This document shows, in pieces, positions 38,242-52,084 of a stretch of 64,000 nt of DNA; position 1 is the stretch's first letter, and each line of letters opens with the position of its first letter. This DNA comes from Sphaerodactylus townsendi (lineage: Eukaryota), in NCBI RefSeq assembly GCF_021028975.2, contig NC_059433.1, positions 60,078,001-60,142,000 on the forward strand, written 5' to 3'. A program made the translations under genes and the position numbers. The notes under the pieces are model-generated. The model was not told the DNA's origin. It searched no databases and saw nothing but the letters and a program-made list of their open reading frames with translations.

Positions 38242-39376
38242 TAGTGTAATGCTGTAACAGCTATACCACATTTGCTTTAGCTTCTCATTTATTTTTTCAC
38301 CTAAATGTGGATGTTGCCTATCAGCACTGGATTTCTTCCAATGGGCATCTCTCTTGACATTCTGGCAACATCACATGTAACTATGCATGACTACAGCTGG
38401 GCTAAGGTATTATTCTTTCACATACAATGTTCATTAGAGAACTCCTGTGCAGCTCAGCTTCCGTATTTTCATTTCCTAATCATTTAAAAATTTTATGCAA
38501 GTTTCTTGAAACCAGACAAAATGTTTATTCCCCATTATAATCATAAACCTATTAAATACTTTCTGGGTATTTTACAACTATTCCACTAGGTACAAGGTTG
38601 CCAGATTTTAAAGTTATCTCCCATGCTGTCCTTTTAATATCAGTTTTTATCTACAAGCAATTTGTGGGTTATGTAACTATGTAACTCCATGCTATGTAAT
38701 GCTATGTAACTCCATATCATAAAAAGTTTAAATGTTCACTAGAAAGGACTATCATACAATTTTTTGGGGGTTTTTTTAGCAATTATTTGTCAATAGTTTC
38801 TATAGTCACAGATCATTCTAGGTGTGTATTAACAGATATTCATAATAAGCATGGGTTATGCATTCTACCATTTATGTTACTGAGGACAACCATATATGTG
38901 GATGTTTTCTATATGTCACAGTGTGGCAGGTCCAGTCACACACCCACCATTATACACGGAAAGTGGCGGGTGAATTATTTCACTGAAAGACAGTAGATTG
39001 ACTCTGGCAGAGGCCTGGGTGTCTTGTTTCCTATATCACTAGGGCAGCCAGAAGTGCTGGTACTCTTCAGAGATAGCCTGTAGTCTTCCATGTAAAGGAT
39101 TTCCTATATTTGGGTGCTGAATTTGCAGCATCCCCCCCCCCCGAATTCCCTTGCACATCATTGTCCATTTACTGTCCACCTATTTCCTCATGTCTTCTCA
39201 AACCACTTGATTTTTTAAAAAGGATGAAGGAATGATGAAAAAACAAGGAAAGACAACAGGTGTACAATGAGGTCATGAGGAAGCTCAGAGAAAAACTGCA
39301 GCTGCTCAGAATAGCACAGTAAGATCCAATATCTAATCTGGTCTTTTTTTATGAATGGTAGAAATGGTCTGGCTTG

Positions 39377-39527
39377 GGCCCCTTCCACACATGCAGAATA
39401 ATGTACTTTCAATCCACTTTCACAATTGTTTGCAAGTGGGTTTTGCTATTCCGCACAGTAAAATCCATCTTCAAAGTGCATTAAAAGTGGATTGAAAGTG
39501 CATTATTCTCCATGTGCAGAAGGGGCC
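39377..39527. mobile_element. PIF/Harbinger-type MITE (same family as 57247)
   Basis: Long inverted arms GGCCCCTTCCACACATGCAGAATAATG / CATTATTCTCCATGTGCAGAAGGGGCC. Confidence 0.8.
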
Positions 39528-40077
39528 CTAGTCTTGTCAGAGTTGAGGTTGAACAGCTATAGACTCTCTGTAATCCATTCAGAATCTGCCAAATTGCCAG
39601 ACTGCTTCCAGGCCACCATCTCTGACATTTACTTATTTTCCTTACATAATATGTGAGCCTGGATACCACATTGCCTGGAGAACTGGCAGGTTATTTACCA
39701 TGTGAGCTTGCTTGCGCTGTAAGCTCTCTATCCTCTATATTGAACAGATCAAATTCACAATGACATTAACCAGTCAGGGAAATAGTCATTCTCTAGAAAA
39801 AAACAACATAAAAGAAATAGCTTGCCTAACATGACAACAAATGTTTTTCCCTTACAACCCGGTAACAAGAAAATATAATCTACAATTCATGCAATGAGCA
39901 TTCTGTAGATGGCCCATTGTTGGGACAATTCAGTTCTACACCCAATACTGAAATGTCCCTACTCTGCTCTACTACAGTTTGAAGCAGGAAAAAATATATA
40001 TGGACAAATGCTATTCTTACTGTGGGTTTTATATACATGAGCGTACCAGGAATTTACTGCCTTAAAAAGGTGCTTTA

Positions 40078-40145
40078 CAGTTCAGTCCTATGCAGAATTA
40101 AAGTCAATGGGCTTACAATGGGCTTCCCTCCATAGGATTGCACTG
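40078..40145. mobile_element. Short palindromic MITE with TTA TSD
   Basis: TTA|CAGTTCAGTCCTATG...CATAGGATTGCACTG|TTA. Confidence 0.7.
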
Positions 40146-40385
40146 TTATTCTACGACGCTAGTGATACGAGTTCTGGAAACGTGGGAACAGTGCAGTTTT
40201 ATTATCCCCAAAGAGATCTTACTTAATGTATCTTGCTGACATTATTCAAAGCTGTGTGTACTCTGGGCTTCAAACAAACAACAAAAACTTGTGTTGTTAG
40301 ATGGTCTTCAAGGCATGCCAATATCTGTGTACTGTGTAGATTATATGAACTGGGCATATTTGAATATGCATATTTAGTTGTTTAA

Positions 40386-40391
40386 TTTATT
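40386..40391 (-). terminator. Candidate CPA6 polyadenylation signal (AATAAA)
   Basis: First minus-strand AATAAA I found downstream of the stop codon (about 540 nt); another lies at 40198-40203. Confidence 0.3.
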
Positions 40392-40926
40392 CTGCTTTTA
40401 CTAGCCGTGAGCTGGAGAAAATATCTGGATAAAGAAAAAGGAGGGGTGTTGAACACATTTGTTACAAGGGCCAGATATGACATAAATGTGACTTGGCTGG
40501 GCCTGTGGTGGGGGCTGCCTAAGCTGGCACTAGAACTACACAGCAGGCTGACCAGGCCAGATCAAGAGCAAGGGGGAGAGCTGCCTCAGCTGGCTTGTGG
40601 GCCCATGGTTGTATGTTTGACACCCATCTTAAAGTTATACTCTCATACTGCTGTTTTTTGTCCCTCTCCACATAGCTCAGTTTCTGCAATTTCAATAGGC
40701 ATCTCCCATGAGTTTTCAAGCCCTGCTCAGATTTCTGCACTTGTATCGTATCTGCTGGGATACACAGAGCCTGAACATATACAAACATTCTTTTAGCACA
40801 CAGATTGAAAACCACATTTTCTTTCTATGAACTCCCCAGAAGAATATTCAGTGACTTGACATTGCCTCTATAATAAAACATCTGACATAATGAGAAATGA
40901 ACAGTTTCAAACAATTCTGAAGTGTC

Positions 40927-41172
<246 letters not shown>

Positions 41173-41353
41173 TTAGCATGACACTGTTTCCTAGTAAGAC
41201 CTAAGAAACAAAATGTTCCTGACTTCAGAGATGCTTCAGAGGAAAAACTATCACAAGAGGAATCTAATTCCAGCTAAAAAACTGTTTCGCAGACACTCCA
41301 TATGTACAGATGCATTTTATGTAGTATGGCTATGTCAATGTGCTAAATTCATA

Positions 41354-42452
41354 TAGTGGCGTACCTAGGAAAAACTGGGCAAAACCTGAGTTTGATGCCC
41401 CCCCCCCCCCCCCCCCCCGGGCAGCCACCCTCTCCCACCATGACCAAACAATGATTTTTTTCCACCAGGTCGTTTCAAAGTCACCATCACATTATAGAAC
41501 ATGCCCCAACTTACAAATCTGAACACAGCAATGGGCCATGCCACACAGCAGAAATATTTTTTGAAAACATTGTCAAAATGCTTTCAAAATGTTTTATTAC
41601 TGCTATGAAAACATTTTATGGTGTTGTATACAGTCCCTGCAATTGGGGGAAACAGCATCACTTTCAATGTTATTTAAACTGGGGACCCCAGATTCTCCCT
41701 TTAAGGTGGATTTAAAAGGAGAATCTGGGCTCCCTAGTTTAAATAAGTGATGCTGGAATCCACCCCCAAACAGCATCACTTTCAATGGTGTTTAAATGAT
41801 GGAGCCCAGATTCTCCTTTTAAATTCACCTTAAAGGTAGAATCTGGGGTCCCCAGTTTAAACAACATTGAAAGTGATGCTGTTTTGGGATAGATTATCCC
41901 TCACCTGAAACAGCATTACTTTCAATGTTTAAACTGGGAACCTCAGATTCTCCCTTTAAATCCCTGCCGAAGGGGGTGGATTTAACAACAACAACAACAA
42001 CAATCTCCTTTATTAGGCATTGAGAGAATAAAAGAAAGAAAGAAAACAAGCATTGGCAGGAAGGGAGTGGATTTAAAAGGAAAATCTGGGGAAATTATAG
42101 GGATGCCTGCTGTCAGGGGTGAAATTATTAAGATAGCAGCACCAAAATTTCAGAGTATCTTCATGAGACCCTACTGATGGGGGATGGGGCACTCCCTTTG
42201 AGAGTCCGTAACTTTGGACCCCCTGGACCAAACCTCACCAAACCTGGGTGATATCATCAGTAGAGTCTCCTGAAAAATCCCCAAAATTTTGGTGCTGCTA
42301 GCCTAAAAACTGCATCCTCTGCAGGCCAAAAACAGAAAAACACTGAAAATACAAAAAATCCCACAAACGAACCTGCAGTTTTTGTGCCCCCCCCCCCACA
42401 AGGGGACGCCCTGGGCAACTGCCCACTTTGCCCAATGGGAGGAATGCCTCTA
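41354..42452. mobile_element. 1.1-kb non-autonomous hAT element with internal palindromic tandem modules
   Basis: TAGTGGCGTACCT...GGAATGCCTCTA ends; TSD aattcata/tattcata; repeated CAGCATCACTTTCAATG..CCAGATTCTCC units in both orientations. Confidence 0.75.
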
Positions 42453-44140
42453 TATTCATAGCATTGCCTGTGAGCAAGAGAGATGGGACAATCTTGCTAT
42501 GCTAAGTGTAGGAAGCAACTCAGTTCTAATAGCTGACTGCCAAGCCAGGTGTGGGTTGGTTCAGTTGGTTCTTTCTGGTTAGAATGCCCTATTTATGTGT
42601 GCTGCTTGATATTTATGTTGTGTGATGCTACAGTTATGCATTTGGCAGCATTACTACTTTCTGATATGCTAACTACAACTGACCATTCCTGCTGGTCCAG
42701 TGGCTCATGTGCTCAAGCTGGAAGTAATTGATTTTAATTCAGTAGGGGGTGTAAGCATAATACAGTGGCATAACTCTAATATTCTCTTCTTTCTCCTTTC
42801 ACAATGGTTTCTTCTTTCCCTTTTGTGTACAGTTGGACCATGGAAGTTTTTATAATGCCTCTCAGGAGCACTAGTTAGAAAAGCTGTCCCATAAATTATA
42901 ACATCTTTAGACAGACATAGGTGAATTGTGCAGGGGCTCATTGCTGCTGCACTAGTGTAATGCAGTGCAGTACACTGAACTGAAGTCACATGGTACAGAT
43001 GAGCATCCAATGCCATGTAAAATGATAAAAGAATATCCACCATTCTTGATTCAGGGACCAACTAAATGCTGCACACTTTTGCTATACATTGTACTATGCC
43101 AATAAAGCATATTTAGATTGCAGAAAACCATTATTGGTATAGTTCTTCCCATCTTCATTTTAAGCCCAGATAATATTGCTATGTCCACTGCTTCAGATCA
43201 GATTAAAAAAATGTAGATTAACATATCATTTGCTTTATAGAGCTACTGAATTTATTTTCTCTTTAACACTTGCTAGGAGAGTTCCACAGAGACTCTGACA
43301 GTTATTTAAAACCCAGGCTTGAAATATCCTTTGCTCCTTTGGGAAGAACATACATTTTAATATTCTATAAAATATTTCTACATTGATGAGATTTTACTTT
43401 GTTTTGTCATCTTCAGAATGATTGTGGTCACAGCTCAGAGAAAAAGAATATAGCCTGCATCCTGAATGAACACTTGGAACATCAATATTATTATCAACAG
43501 ACAGGAGACAAAGCTCAGAACTCATTTCAAGAACCACTCCAAGTCCAGCAAAGGAGAATCATTCATGGTAGCAGACTTCTGTGCATATAGATGATACAAA
43601 TTCAGATGTGTATATGACTGCATTCACATCTGCATTTGTGATATACATCTGTGTCATTTTAAACTGGTTGACTATGCCTTTTGATGTATGTAGGGATCCA
43701 GATTACCAGTTATGACTGACTAGCTGCCTGTAACTAGTGCTTAATTGTGGATTTAGTCTGAATATTTTTCTGTGAATAATCTCAGGCATTAACTCATTAA
43801 ATCATTTTGATATGCTTTTGAAGTTCACTTATTTTATGCTCTGGTTCTGTTTCCAGTTCTGTTCTGCTTGCATTAGATCTCTGAACAGAAGTGCTAAAAA
43901 GAAGTACCAGCAAAGGCCCTGGTTTCTTTGTTCTGTTTATTGACCTGGAGTGATCAGTAGTCGGCTATTGTGTGAAATACGATGCTGGAGTAGATTCAAC
44001 ACTGGTGTGTTCCAACTGGTGATCTCTTAAGTGTCCCTCAAATTTTGTACTCTTAAAGAGGCAGGTTCTTCTTCTGACAGCATTATTCTAGCTTACATTC
44101 CTGTGCATAGTTAAATTGCTTAAGTTTAACAGTTTTATGT

Positions 44141-44390
44141 ATTGTTGAAAGCTTTTCTGGCTGAAATCACTGGGGTGTTGTGGAGTTTCTGGGCCATGTC
44201 CCAGTAGCATTTTCTCCTGATGCTTCACCTGCATCTATGGCTGGCATCTTCAGAGGATGCCAGCCACAGATGCCAAACTTCTTACTTTCCTCTGAAGATG
44301 CCAGCCACAGATGCAGGCGAAACAGCAGGAGAAAATGCTACTGGAAAACGGTCATCCAGCACTGAAACTCCACAACACCCCTTCGACAGT
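44141..44390. mobile_element. Inverted pair of Penelope-like terminal repeats
   Basis: 44172-44257 is the reverse complement of 44288-44380. Confidence 0.82.
44288..44330 (+). ncRNA. Minimal type I hammerhead ribozyme motif (cleavage triplet mutated)
   Basis: TCCT-CTGAAGA-TGCC(agccacagatgca)GGC-GAAA-C-agc-AGGA; the family consensus has GTC in place of AGC. Confidence 0.55.
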
Positions 44391-44622
44391 TTTAATTGGC
44401 AAAACCCACAGGAGCAGTGTTTCATGTGTGAATGGGTCTTCCAAGCTGGCTCCCAGCAAATATAATATAATTTCAGCAGACTATCTATGTGCAGGTTTGC
44501 AACCTGTGTAGCACCAAACTTCTCCTCTCTTCTCCTCATCAAATTGTCTTGGAAATTGTTTCCTTTTCTCATTAAAAAAGCCAACATCACTATAGTACAT
44601 GAGGAAGGAGCAAAAAACTTAC

Positions 44623-44707
44623 ACAGAGTACTGGAGGCAGGGCCATATCGGTACCTTATTCCATAAACTGACTGCAGGGCATTCACAGCATTAAAAGCTG
44701 CAGATTC
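44623..44707 (-). CDS. CPA6: CPA6 coding exon 10
   Basis: [28 protein letters not shown] plus 1 nt; 85 bp; CAG acceptor and GTAAGT donor. Confidence 0.97.
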
Positions 44708-45059
44708 CTGGGAGAAAAACAAAATTCCCACAAAAATTATGTTAGTTATCATAGTCCAACCAAAATTTCAGGTAGCATACAATGACTTAGGGCAGTATTT
44801 TTCAAACCTTGTGAAATTACATTATCTTTAGAGACTCTCTGAACCAATAAGTATAAATAGTTCCACAAATAATCATGTAGCGAGCCTTGAATAGAATCAT
44901 ACGTCTACTACCAGCAGGGAGAGGGGATTGGGGTTCTGCAGCATATCATAACATGTTACAGAGATTCTTAACAACCACCACAAAAAATATTAAAACTAAT
45001 GAGGCATGCAGTCAGTCTCTAACAAATCTAGCATGGCTCAGGAAGAGTTGCATGCCATG

Positions 45060-45225
45060 CAGTGGCGTAGTGCCAATGGGACGGCGGGGAGCATGACACC
45101 CTGGGTGCTGCCATGGTGGGGGCGTGGCTGGGCTGTGGAGGGGGCATGGCGGGGGTGGACGGCGCTGCGACTGGGGTGAAGGGCGTGCGCGTGCCCGGAC
45201 GCAGTTCCTCCTCGCTCCGCCCCTG
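45060..45225. mobile_element. GC-rich hAT MITE with perfect 8-bp TSD
   Basis: CAGTGGCGTAG...CTCCGCCCCTG; ATGCCATG at 45052-45059 and 45226-45233. Confidence 0.88.
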
Positions 45226-48200
45226 ATGCCATGAGATATTGAATCCACCCAAATTTTGTTTCCAGAGGAAGAGGATCCTACCCTTTTGTGGAACCTCACA
45301 CCTCCTTCCAAGTACCTAATATCCCTCAATTTACATCTTTCTCATTAGCATTACAACCAGGGTATACCCAACTACTCATTGTATTTGCTGCATTTTTAAA
45401 AAGAAAAGTACTACTTTTTCAAGTTTTAAAGATTGAAGTTGACTAAAATCAAGTCACCCAAAGAAATAAAATCAACAAGAAATGAGTATGTCCTAACAAG
45501 CCTGTAACATAAACAGATCACTTCATTGGTGGTATAACAAGCTATATAGAATCAACAAGCAGTTGAGCATATTTTAAGATGTACATAAAACCATCTTTGT
45601 GCCCCATGTCTAACTGTTTGCATTTGCAGATTCAGAAGCTTGAAAGTCTTTAAACACTCATTATGCCAGCTTCCTGAAGTTTAAAGTGTTCCCAATAGCT
45701 TGAGTTGTTTCTGTCCAAGATGTGAAAATGATATAGCATTATATTAATGAGAATCATTATTTCTAAATTACATTTAGCAACCACAATGGCTAATCCATGA
45801 TAGGCACTGCATTTTCAAATGATTCAATTACTGTGTTATAGATAAGAAAACTGTAGTTCTGTTTCTCCCCAGTATAAGTTGAATGGGAGGTGAAGTACAC
45901 TGTGGATGGATGAGCTGAGCTGAGCTCCTGATACCCTAGAGATCTAGCTGCAATTATGAAGAAGCTCAACCATGAAGATTTGTATCGTGCTGGGAAATTG
46001 GTATTAGGTAGGCAGTGCAAAGTATGGAGATACCTGGAATGTTTACTAAACTGGTGTCAGCCTGCCTCCTTGCATCTGTAATTTTAGACAACATGAAAAT
46101 AGAAAAAACCCTATAGCTGTCTATGTTCAGATAATCCATATCCTTCTTTTATTTCTCATGCTGCCTACAAACTGCTACCGCAGAAGCAACAACAGGAGCC
46201 TGACTAAACAGTGCTGTACTCATATGGAGAGGAATCCCAGGTTTCTAAATGAGGATGTACTTGCAGTTGTCTACCTATTACACAAGATGTGCGATGAAGA
46301 CTTACTAGCTTTTGTTCACTCTGTATTATTGATCTACATACCAATGCCAACTTCTGCCATGAATTTAGTTTTCTACCTTTAGGTGAGTGGCTGATGAAGG
46401 GCTGACCTAGGTATGCTTGCTTTCACACGAAATCCAAACTTCTTACTTTCTTTTATTCTTTAATTAATCAAAAAGTCATATTGTATTGCAAACTGTCTTC
46501 TGAGCTGATCTTTGCTGTGGATTCCTCAGTTATCCTTTTGGTGAATAGAATAATCCTATCCCCCCTGTTAATTTCATTACAGATCATATGATGATAATTA
46601 GTGTAAATATATGTATGAATAAAATAACAGACTCCTTTCAAAGATTGGAAAAACAAACATTTGTGTACCATATGCTATAACTTCAGTGGAAAACTAAGAT
46701 CGAACCTTACGTGAGGAGTTGCATATCCTCTCTCCAGTTTCAGAGCCTTAAATAATTTAACACATTAAGTCAAACAGTGACTTGCAGCATGGTCTGTGTA
46801 GGAAACTGGACAGAAACCTGTTTGCCTTCAGCTCAGTAATTATTAAACAGTCCATTCATATGCAATGTTCCCTGTTTTCAGAATACTGAGGTCCATCAAA
46901 AAGCCTTTCATATGCTGCTCAATCTAATAATGTAAAATACATCTGAGGGACTGGTGGTTGTGGAGTCAGTTCCAGCAGAAGACACTGAAATTCCTTTAGG
47001 AGTCTGCTTTGCAATTCAGGTAATTTGTTCCACAATAAGCTAAGGCAGCATCCTGTACAATTGTAGGAGGCATGAGTAAGATTACTTCTCTTTTCTTTGC
47101 AACTGTGTTATCTTTCAGAGCTGGGTGCTCTCCTTTGTATGTGACTTTTCGTGACCTTTCTCCATTCTCCATCACCATGCTTCATTCATTCCCTCCAAAG
47201 ATGAAGTGACATAGCTCTGCGACTTCCCTCTTAATGCTAATTGGCCTACCTCTTCTGTGGTCCCTCTCCCAGCATACCCCCTTCTCTATCAGATTTTGAG
47301 TTTGCGCTGTGAATTTGTGCCAGTACAGCTGAATTGACATAGCTGTGTGGTATAAACGATGTTACAGCTCTGAGATGCAGTTTTTGATGAAGCGAAGACA
47401 AATGTTGCAGTGAACTAAGTTGTTATCAATGATTCCTATAGTGCCCTGAGCCATTAATAGTTGCATCATATTGTAGACACAATGGGTTGGACCCAGAACA
47501 ATATTTCTGCTTGTGCTAGATCACTTATGCAAGCAAAATTCCAGGAAAAAGGCCATGGTAGCCACGTGTTCCTTGCATGTTGCTGTATCAAAGCCGGTAT
47601 GTCAGTCAGCCCCATCCAAATGGCCAGGTGGCCGTGGCTGCACCACTCTGCGACTCTCAAATAGGCTTTCTGGGAGACTTGCAAAGATAAAAAGCCTCCC
47701 TGCTGCTGAGAAGCCCATATGAGGCTGTATAAAGGTAGCAAACAGCCCCGGCCACGACCCTGAATCACCCCTGTTGTGCCAGTGGTGGAAGCACAGGGAT
47801 GCTGCCTAGCATCCTGCTCCATGTCCCACAGCTGGGGAGGGCAGCAGCAGCTGAATCCCAGCAGTTTTGTCCTTCTGCCAGGGTAACTCCGCTGGGGAAG
47901 GCAAATCTGCTAGAGCAGCTGTATGCCACTCCCACAGGCTGATTCAGCCCCCCTTTGGATGTTTAGGTATGCCTAAAAAAGGGCATTCTGGTGTGTTTCA
48001 GAGAATGCTAATGCATGTGATGTCATTGATTCATAGGGATGCCATGAGTTGGAAGCGACTTAGCAGCATTTAACACACACATACAAGTAATCTCACTCAC
48101 AATCATATAAAATACAAGGATTATGCACCCACAATGCTCTGTGACACTTCAAGAAATGCTAGAGAGCATCTCTTGGATCGCACAATATCATTGGCATCCC

Positions 48201-48755
48201 TCAAAATAACTGTCCGGTTTATAAAGTCCTTTGAAGCATTAATGAGATACACAATTTGTTGCTTAGCACTTATTAGAAAACCTCTTATGAGCTCACTCAA
48301 GAGAACATCTTTATTTACATTCAGAATAACTGAACATTTACAAATATGAAAGTGATGAATCAGCCCATGTGTAAATGAAGAAAGTTTACTTTTGAGTAAA
48401 CTAGAAGATCAATTACAAATAAAACATAAATTTCCTTCATCATTTCTCAGCTTACATATTGATTAGCTTACTCTGAAGAACATTTTTTGGGGACACTCAG
48501 ACATCAATCCTATTGTTAAGTCAGCCTTGCACTATTTGTTCTGTCTTCATTTTTTTAACTGTTTCCAGTAATCTTTTTGAAATGACAGAAACAGAACCAC
48601 TTATATATCTAAATTTCTAGAATAACCTACTACACTGAAGTAGGTGTAGCCTGAAAAATGCTTTCAAGAGGCTCAAATGTATTAAACACTGAAATGTCCA
48701 CTAACTTAAAAATGCAGAAGTAGCATATAGGGATTATCAGTACTCCTGTACTTAC

Positions 48756-48958
48756 CACACAACTGAAATTTGGAATGGTTGCATACTTGTAAGAGTATGG
48801 GTACAATAACATTTGGGCATATGCATGGAAGGACAAGTAGGCTTTTATTTGTTTGCGGTGTTTGCGAAGGAAATGAGCTACAGCCTTCACCTCAGGCTCA
48901 GATTCAGGCAAAGGACCGCAGTATGTGTCATCACAGGGATGAATGGAAGCACCTTCAT
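48756..48958 (-). CDS. CPA6: CPA6 coding exon 9
   Basis: (D)[67 protein letters not shown]; 203 bp; zinc-ligand His in FHAY; CAG/GTAAGT. Confidence 0.97.
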
Positions 48959-51900
48959 CTGCACAGTGAAAAAAAAAAGAAGAATGTTAACATAGGCCTA
49001 AAAATGCAATTAAATTTAAAATGTGTGTGGGTACAAGCTATGTAGACAGTCTACAGATATCATGCCAACACCTCTTCTCTTTCAGTTATGACAACCCCAA
49101 CAAAGACAATCTTGTTCTGAAAAAGGAGAAATGGAAAGGATACAGAATGATACCAATTACCGTACTTTTGGTTGAATCTACTGTGTTGGTAGGACACAAT
49201 AGCATATTTGAGTTGCCATAATTTTTGTATCAGTTGGAATACAAGTTCCATGTAATTCAGAACTTGCTTTAAATCTATAATTAAAACAAGATTTGATTCT
49301 ACCAACGGCAAGGACATAGGCAAGGAGGGGGGATTCATGGGTCCAACCCCACATTACATGTCTGGCTTGCTTGAGCATCCCCCCACCAGCCCCCACCTGG
49401 AGATGGGGCTCCACCCATCCACCCCCACCAGCTGAGCCAGCAGTCCCTTCTGCCCTCCCCTCCAGGGAGATCGCAAGAGACTGCCATCCCCAGCCCCGGA
49501 GAGCTGTTTTATAAGCACTGGGGGGGGCATAGGGAGGCATGGCGGCCCTGCCCCCTGAGCCCTGCCCGCGAACTCACCCCATTAAAAATCTATTTCCAGG
49601 GTTTCCTTCCTGTAGTGCACTCAACAATGGTTTTAGTACTTGGAAACACAGACAGTACAATCCAATACATAGTTGTTACAGTCTGATGTTCCAAATTTTC
49701 TTGTGAAAAGAGTTGCATATTGAGCAGTTCAACAGACTGGCAAGTAATGGGTACCCCTGAATAAAAATGGCAATGCTTAACACATTGTGCACATGTTGCT
49801 ATTTAAGAGCTGATCTTCACTTTCATGGTGCTGTTCAATTTGCAAGGTTAGCAGGAGATGAAACTGCTGGATACTTTGTACCTTGCTGAAAAGGAAGGGT
49901 ATAGAAAAAGAATATCGTAGCTCGAGGCCATTCTACAACAACTAGCAGATGGCAGTCATGTGATCTATGCAGAGATTATGTTGCATCTGGCTTTCTTCTT
50001 AAAGCACAGGTTGCAAGCTGAGAAATATTATGTGGATGCTCATCTGTAGTTGCAATTGCAGTCAATATAATGATGTACAACATGATTGAATCTTTATTGT
50101 GTAGCTTGCACTGGGACCTCACTTTGCTAAGATACGAAAGGCAAGGAAAGAATTCTTCAAACACAGAGAAAATATCACCTTTATTTTGATTCAATAATTT
50201 ATTTTACCATAAGAATTTGTTTCCTTTGCATGTCTAATAAAATTAGCCTTTTATCTGAGATCTATGATTTGATAGCTAAAATTGTATATATTCATTTTAC
50301 ACTTTTAAAATTTGATCAGTTTATTAGTTGGTCTGACAGAAGCAGTTTGGATTCTATATAGGTATCTCAAACCATTAGGACCACAAGGCATTCCAATTTT
50401 TGGAATTTTCTCTACAATGAAAAAAAATCCACAAACATAAATTTCAAAACAGAAAACTAGTTGACATACACAGCTAGATTTCTCTTAACCATTTTTTTTT
50501 ACATCTAACATTGCTCCCACAGATATATTTTCCAGGTTTAGAAAGAATCAGGACAAAACAGAATGCAGTAAATGTCAGCTACTGTCAAATGTCATGAGTT
50601 ACTATCATAGCAAACCAATAGAAGTACAAAAAATGACAATGCTGCCCCACGGGGCTCTTTTAGAAGACGGTTGAATTCTGAATTTCCTCCTGCAAGAATA
50701 TCAAACTAAAAGAAACCTCCATATGTTGTTTTCTTTTGACATGGAAGAAAAAACAGATTATACAAGTACATAGATCTTAAAACAGCACAGTGACTTTCAC
50801 ACTGAAGGAAAGAGATTAACCAAGTCCCAGTAACATCTATATTGTCACCTTTGGCATATGTGAGATCTGACTCAATTCATCAAGGCCTGTAAGATTGAGA
50901 TGTTCCACCAGGCCTGTGACTGAGGCAACAACAGTTTTCATCCCAGCTGGCCTTCCTATCCCTACCCCTACCCCTATCCCTATTACCTCACTTATTGTTC
51001 TGTCTTTTCTTCCTTTGTCTTCCCACCCTCTTCATGATTGGTTATCCTGTTTTGCTTCTTTAAGGGCGCCAAATGTAATTTAAGTTAATAAGATTTTTAA
51101 ACTATATTTTATATATTATAATTACTGCTTTATTGAACTGTAATTCCTGATTATTAGCAGCCCTGAGTCTGACTGTAGTCGGAAAAGGGTGGGATAAAAA
51201 TAACTTTAAAAATTAATAATAATAAGAGGTCTAGTCTCTAGTAGCTCTCCGTAACATAGCACTGGCACAAACCAATGTTTTCCAGAACTGTAATTCTAAT
51301 CGTACTGAGGATTGGATGTGAAGTGAATTTTTAGATTTCATCCTGATCTGTAGTTTTGATAATCAGTTATGTGATTTTAAAATAGTTACAGTTCTAACTG
51401 TAACTATTTTGAGGCAGGAAATAAAACATTTCTGCCAAGGAGCTCTGTGTGGTTTTTCCCCAAGACATTTTATTTCCAGCCTGAAAATGATGTAAATAAA
51501 TCCTCCATTGTAGCAATTCTTTTGTTGAAACGTTTTCAAAACATTTTGATTTGCCATGCATATCTCTGTAAAATGTTTCCCACACTTTTCTGCAGTCCCT
51601 GGACTTCTTCCTTGGTGCCATTTTCTGAGCTTGCTCTGTTGGCTTGCCAGTTTATTTCCATCATTTTTCTTTTATTTTCCAAACTTTTTAGGGATTTGGG
51701 CAGAAAGGGCCAGTGTTTTCTTTCTTAAATCATCCGTATTGGAGCAATGTTATCTTTTTGTCTTGGTTGTACAACATCTATGTGACCTTTTGCATGCACT
51801 TCTACATTCAGAAAAAACAACTCTGCAGAATTCTTGCAGAAGTAAAGGCAATAGGTTTTGGAAAACTGTGAGTAGACATCATGGTAAGCCATAGTTTGTT

Positions 51901-52084
51901 TAGACTGTGATTTGAGCAACGAACTCTGATTACCATACTAGACATAAGCAACAGATCCTGGATTGAACGTAAGATATGGTAAGCCTGCTTCTTGATTTTC
52001 TCCTTCCTCTCAACTATGAGGATACTCTTCCTGTACTGTCATGTGAAGTGAGGTTATTATGATGAGAACACTGTCCAACAAACT

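Noticed and set aside
41640-41960. Repeat-spacer-like array suggestive of CRISPR
   Set aside because: Eukaryotic context, units in both orientations, no unique spacers, no cas genes; lies inside a hAT element
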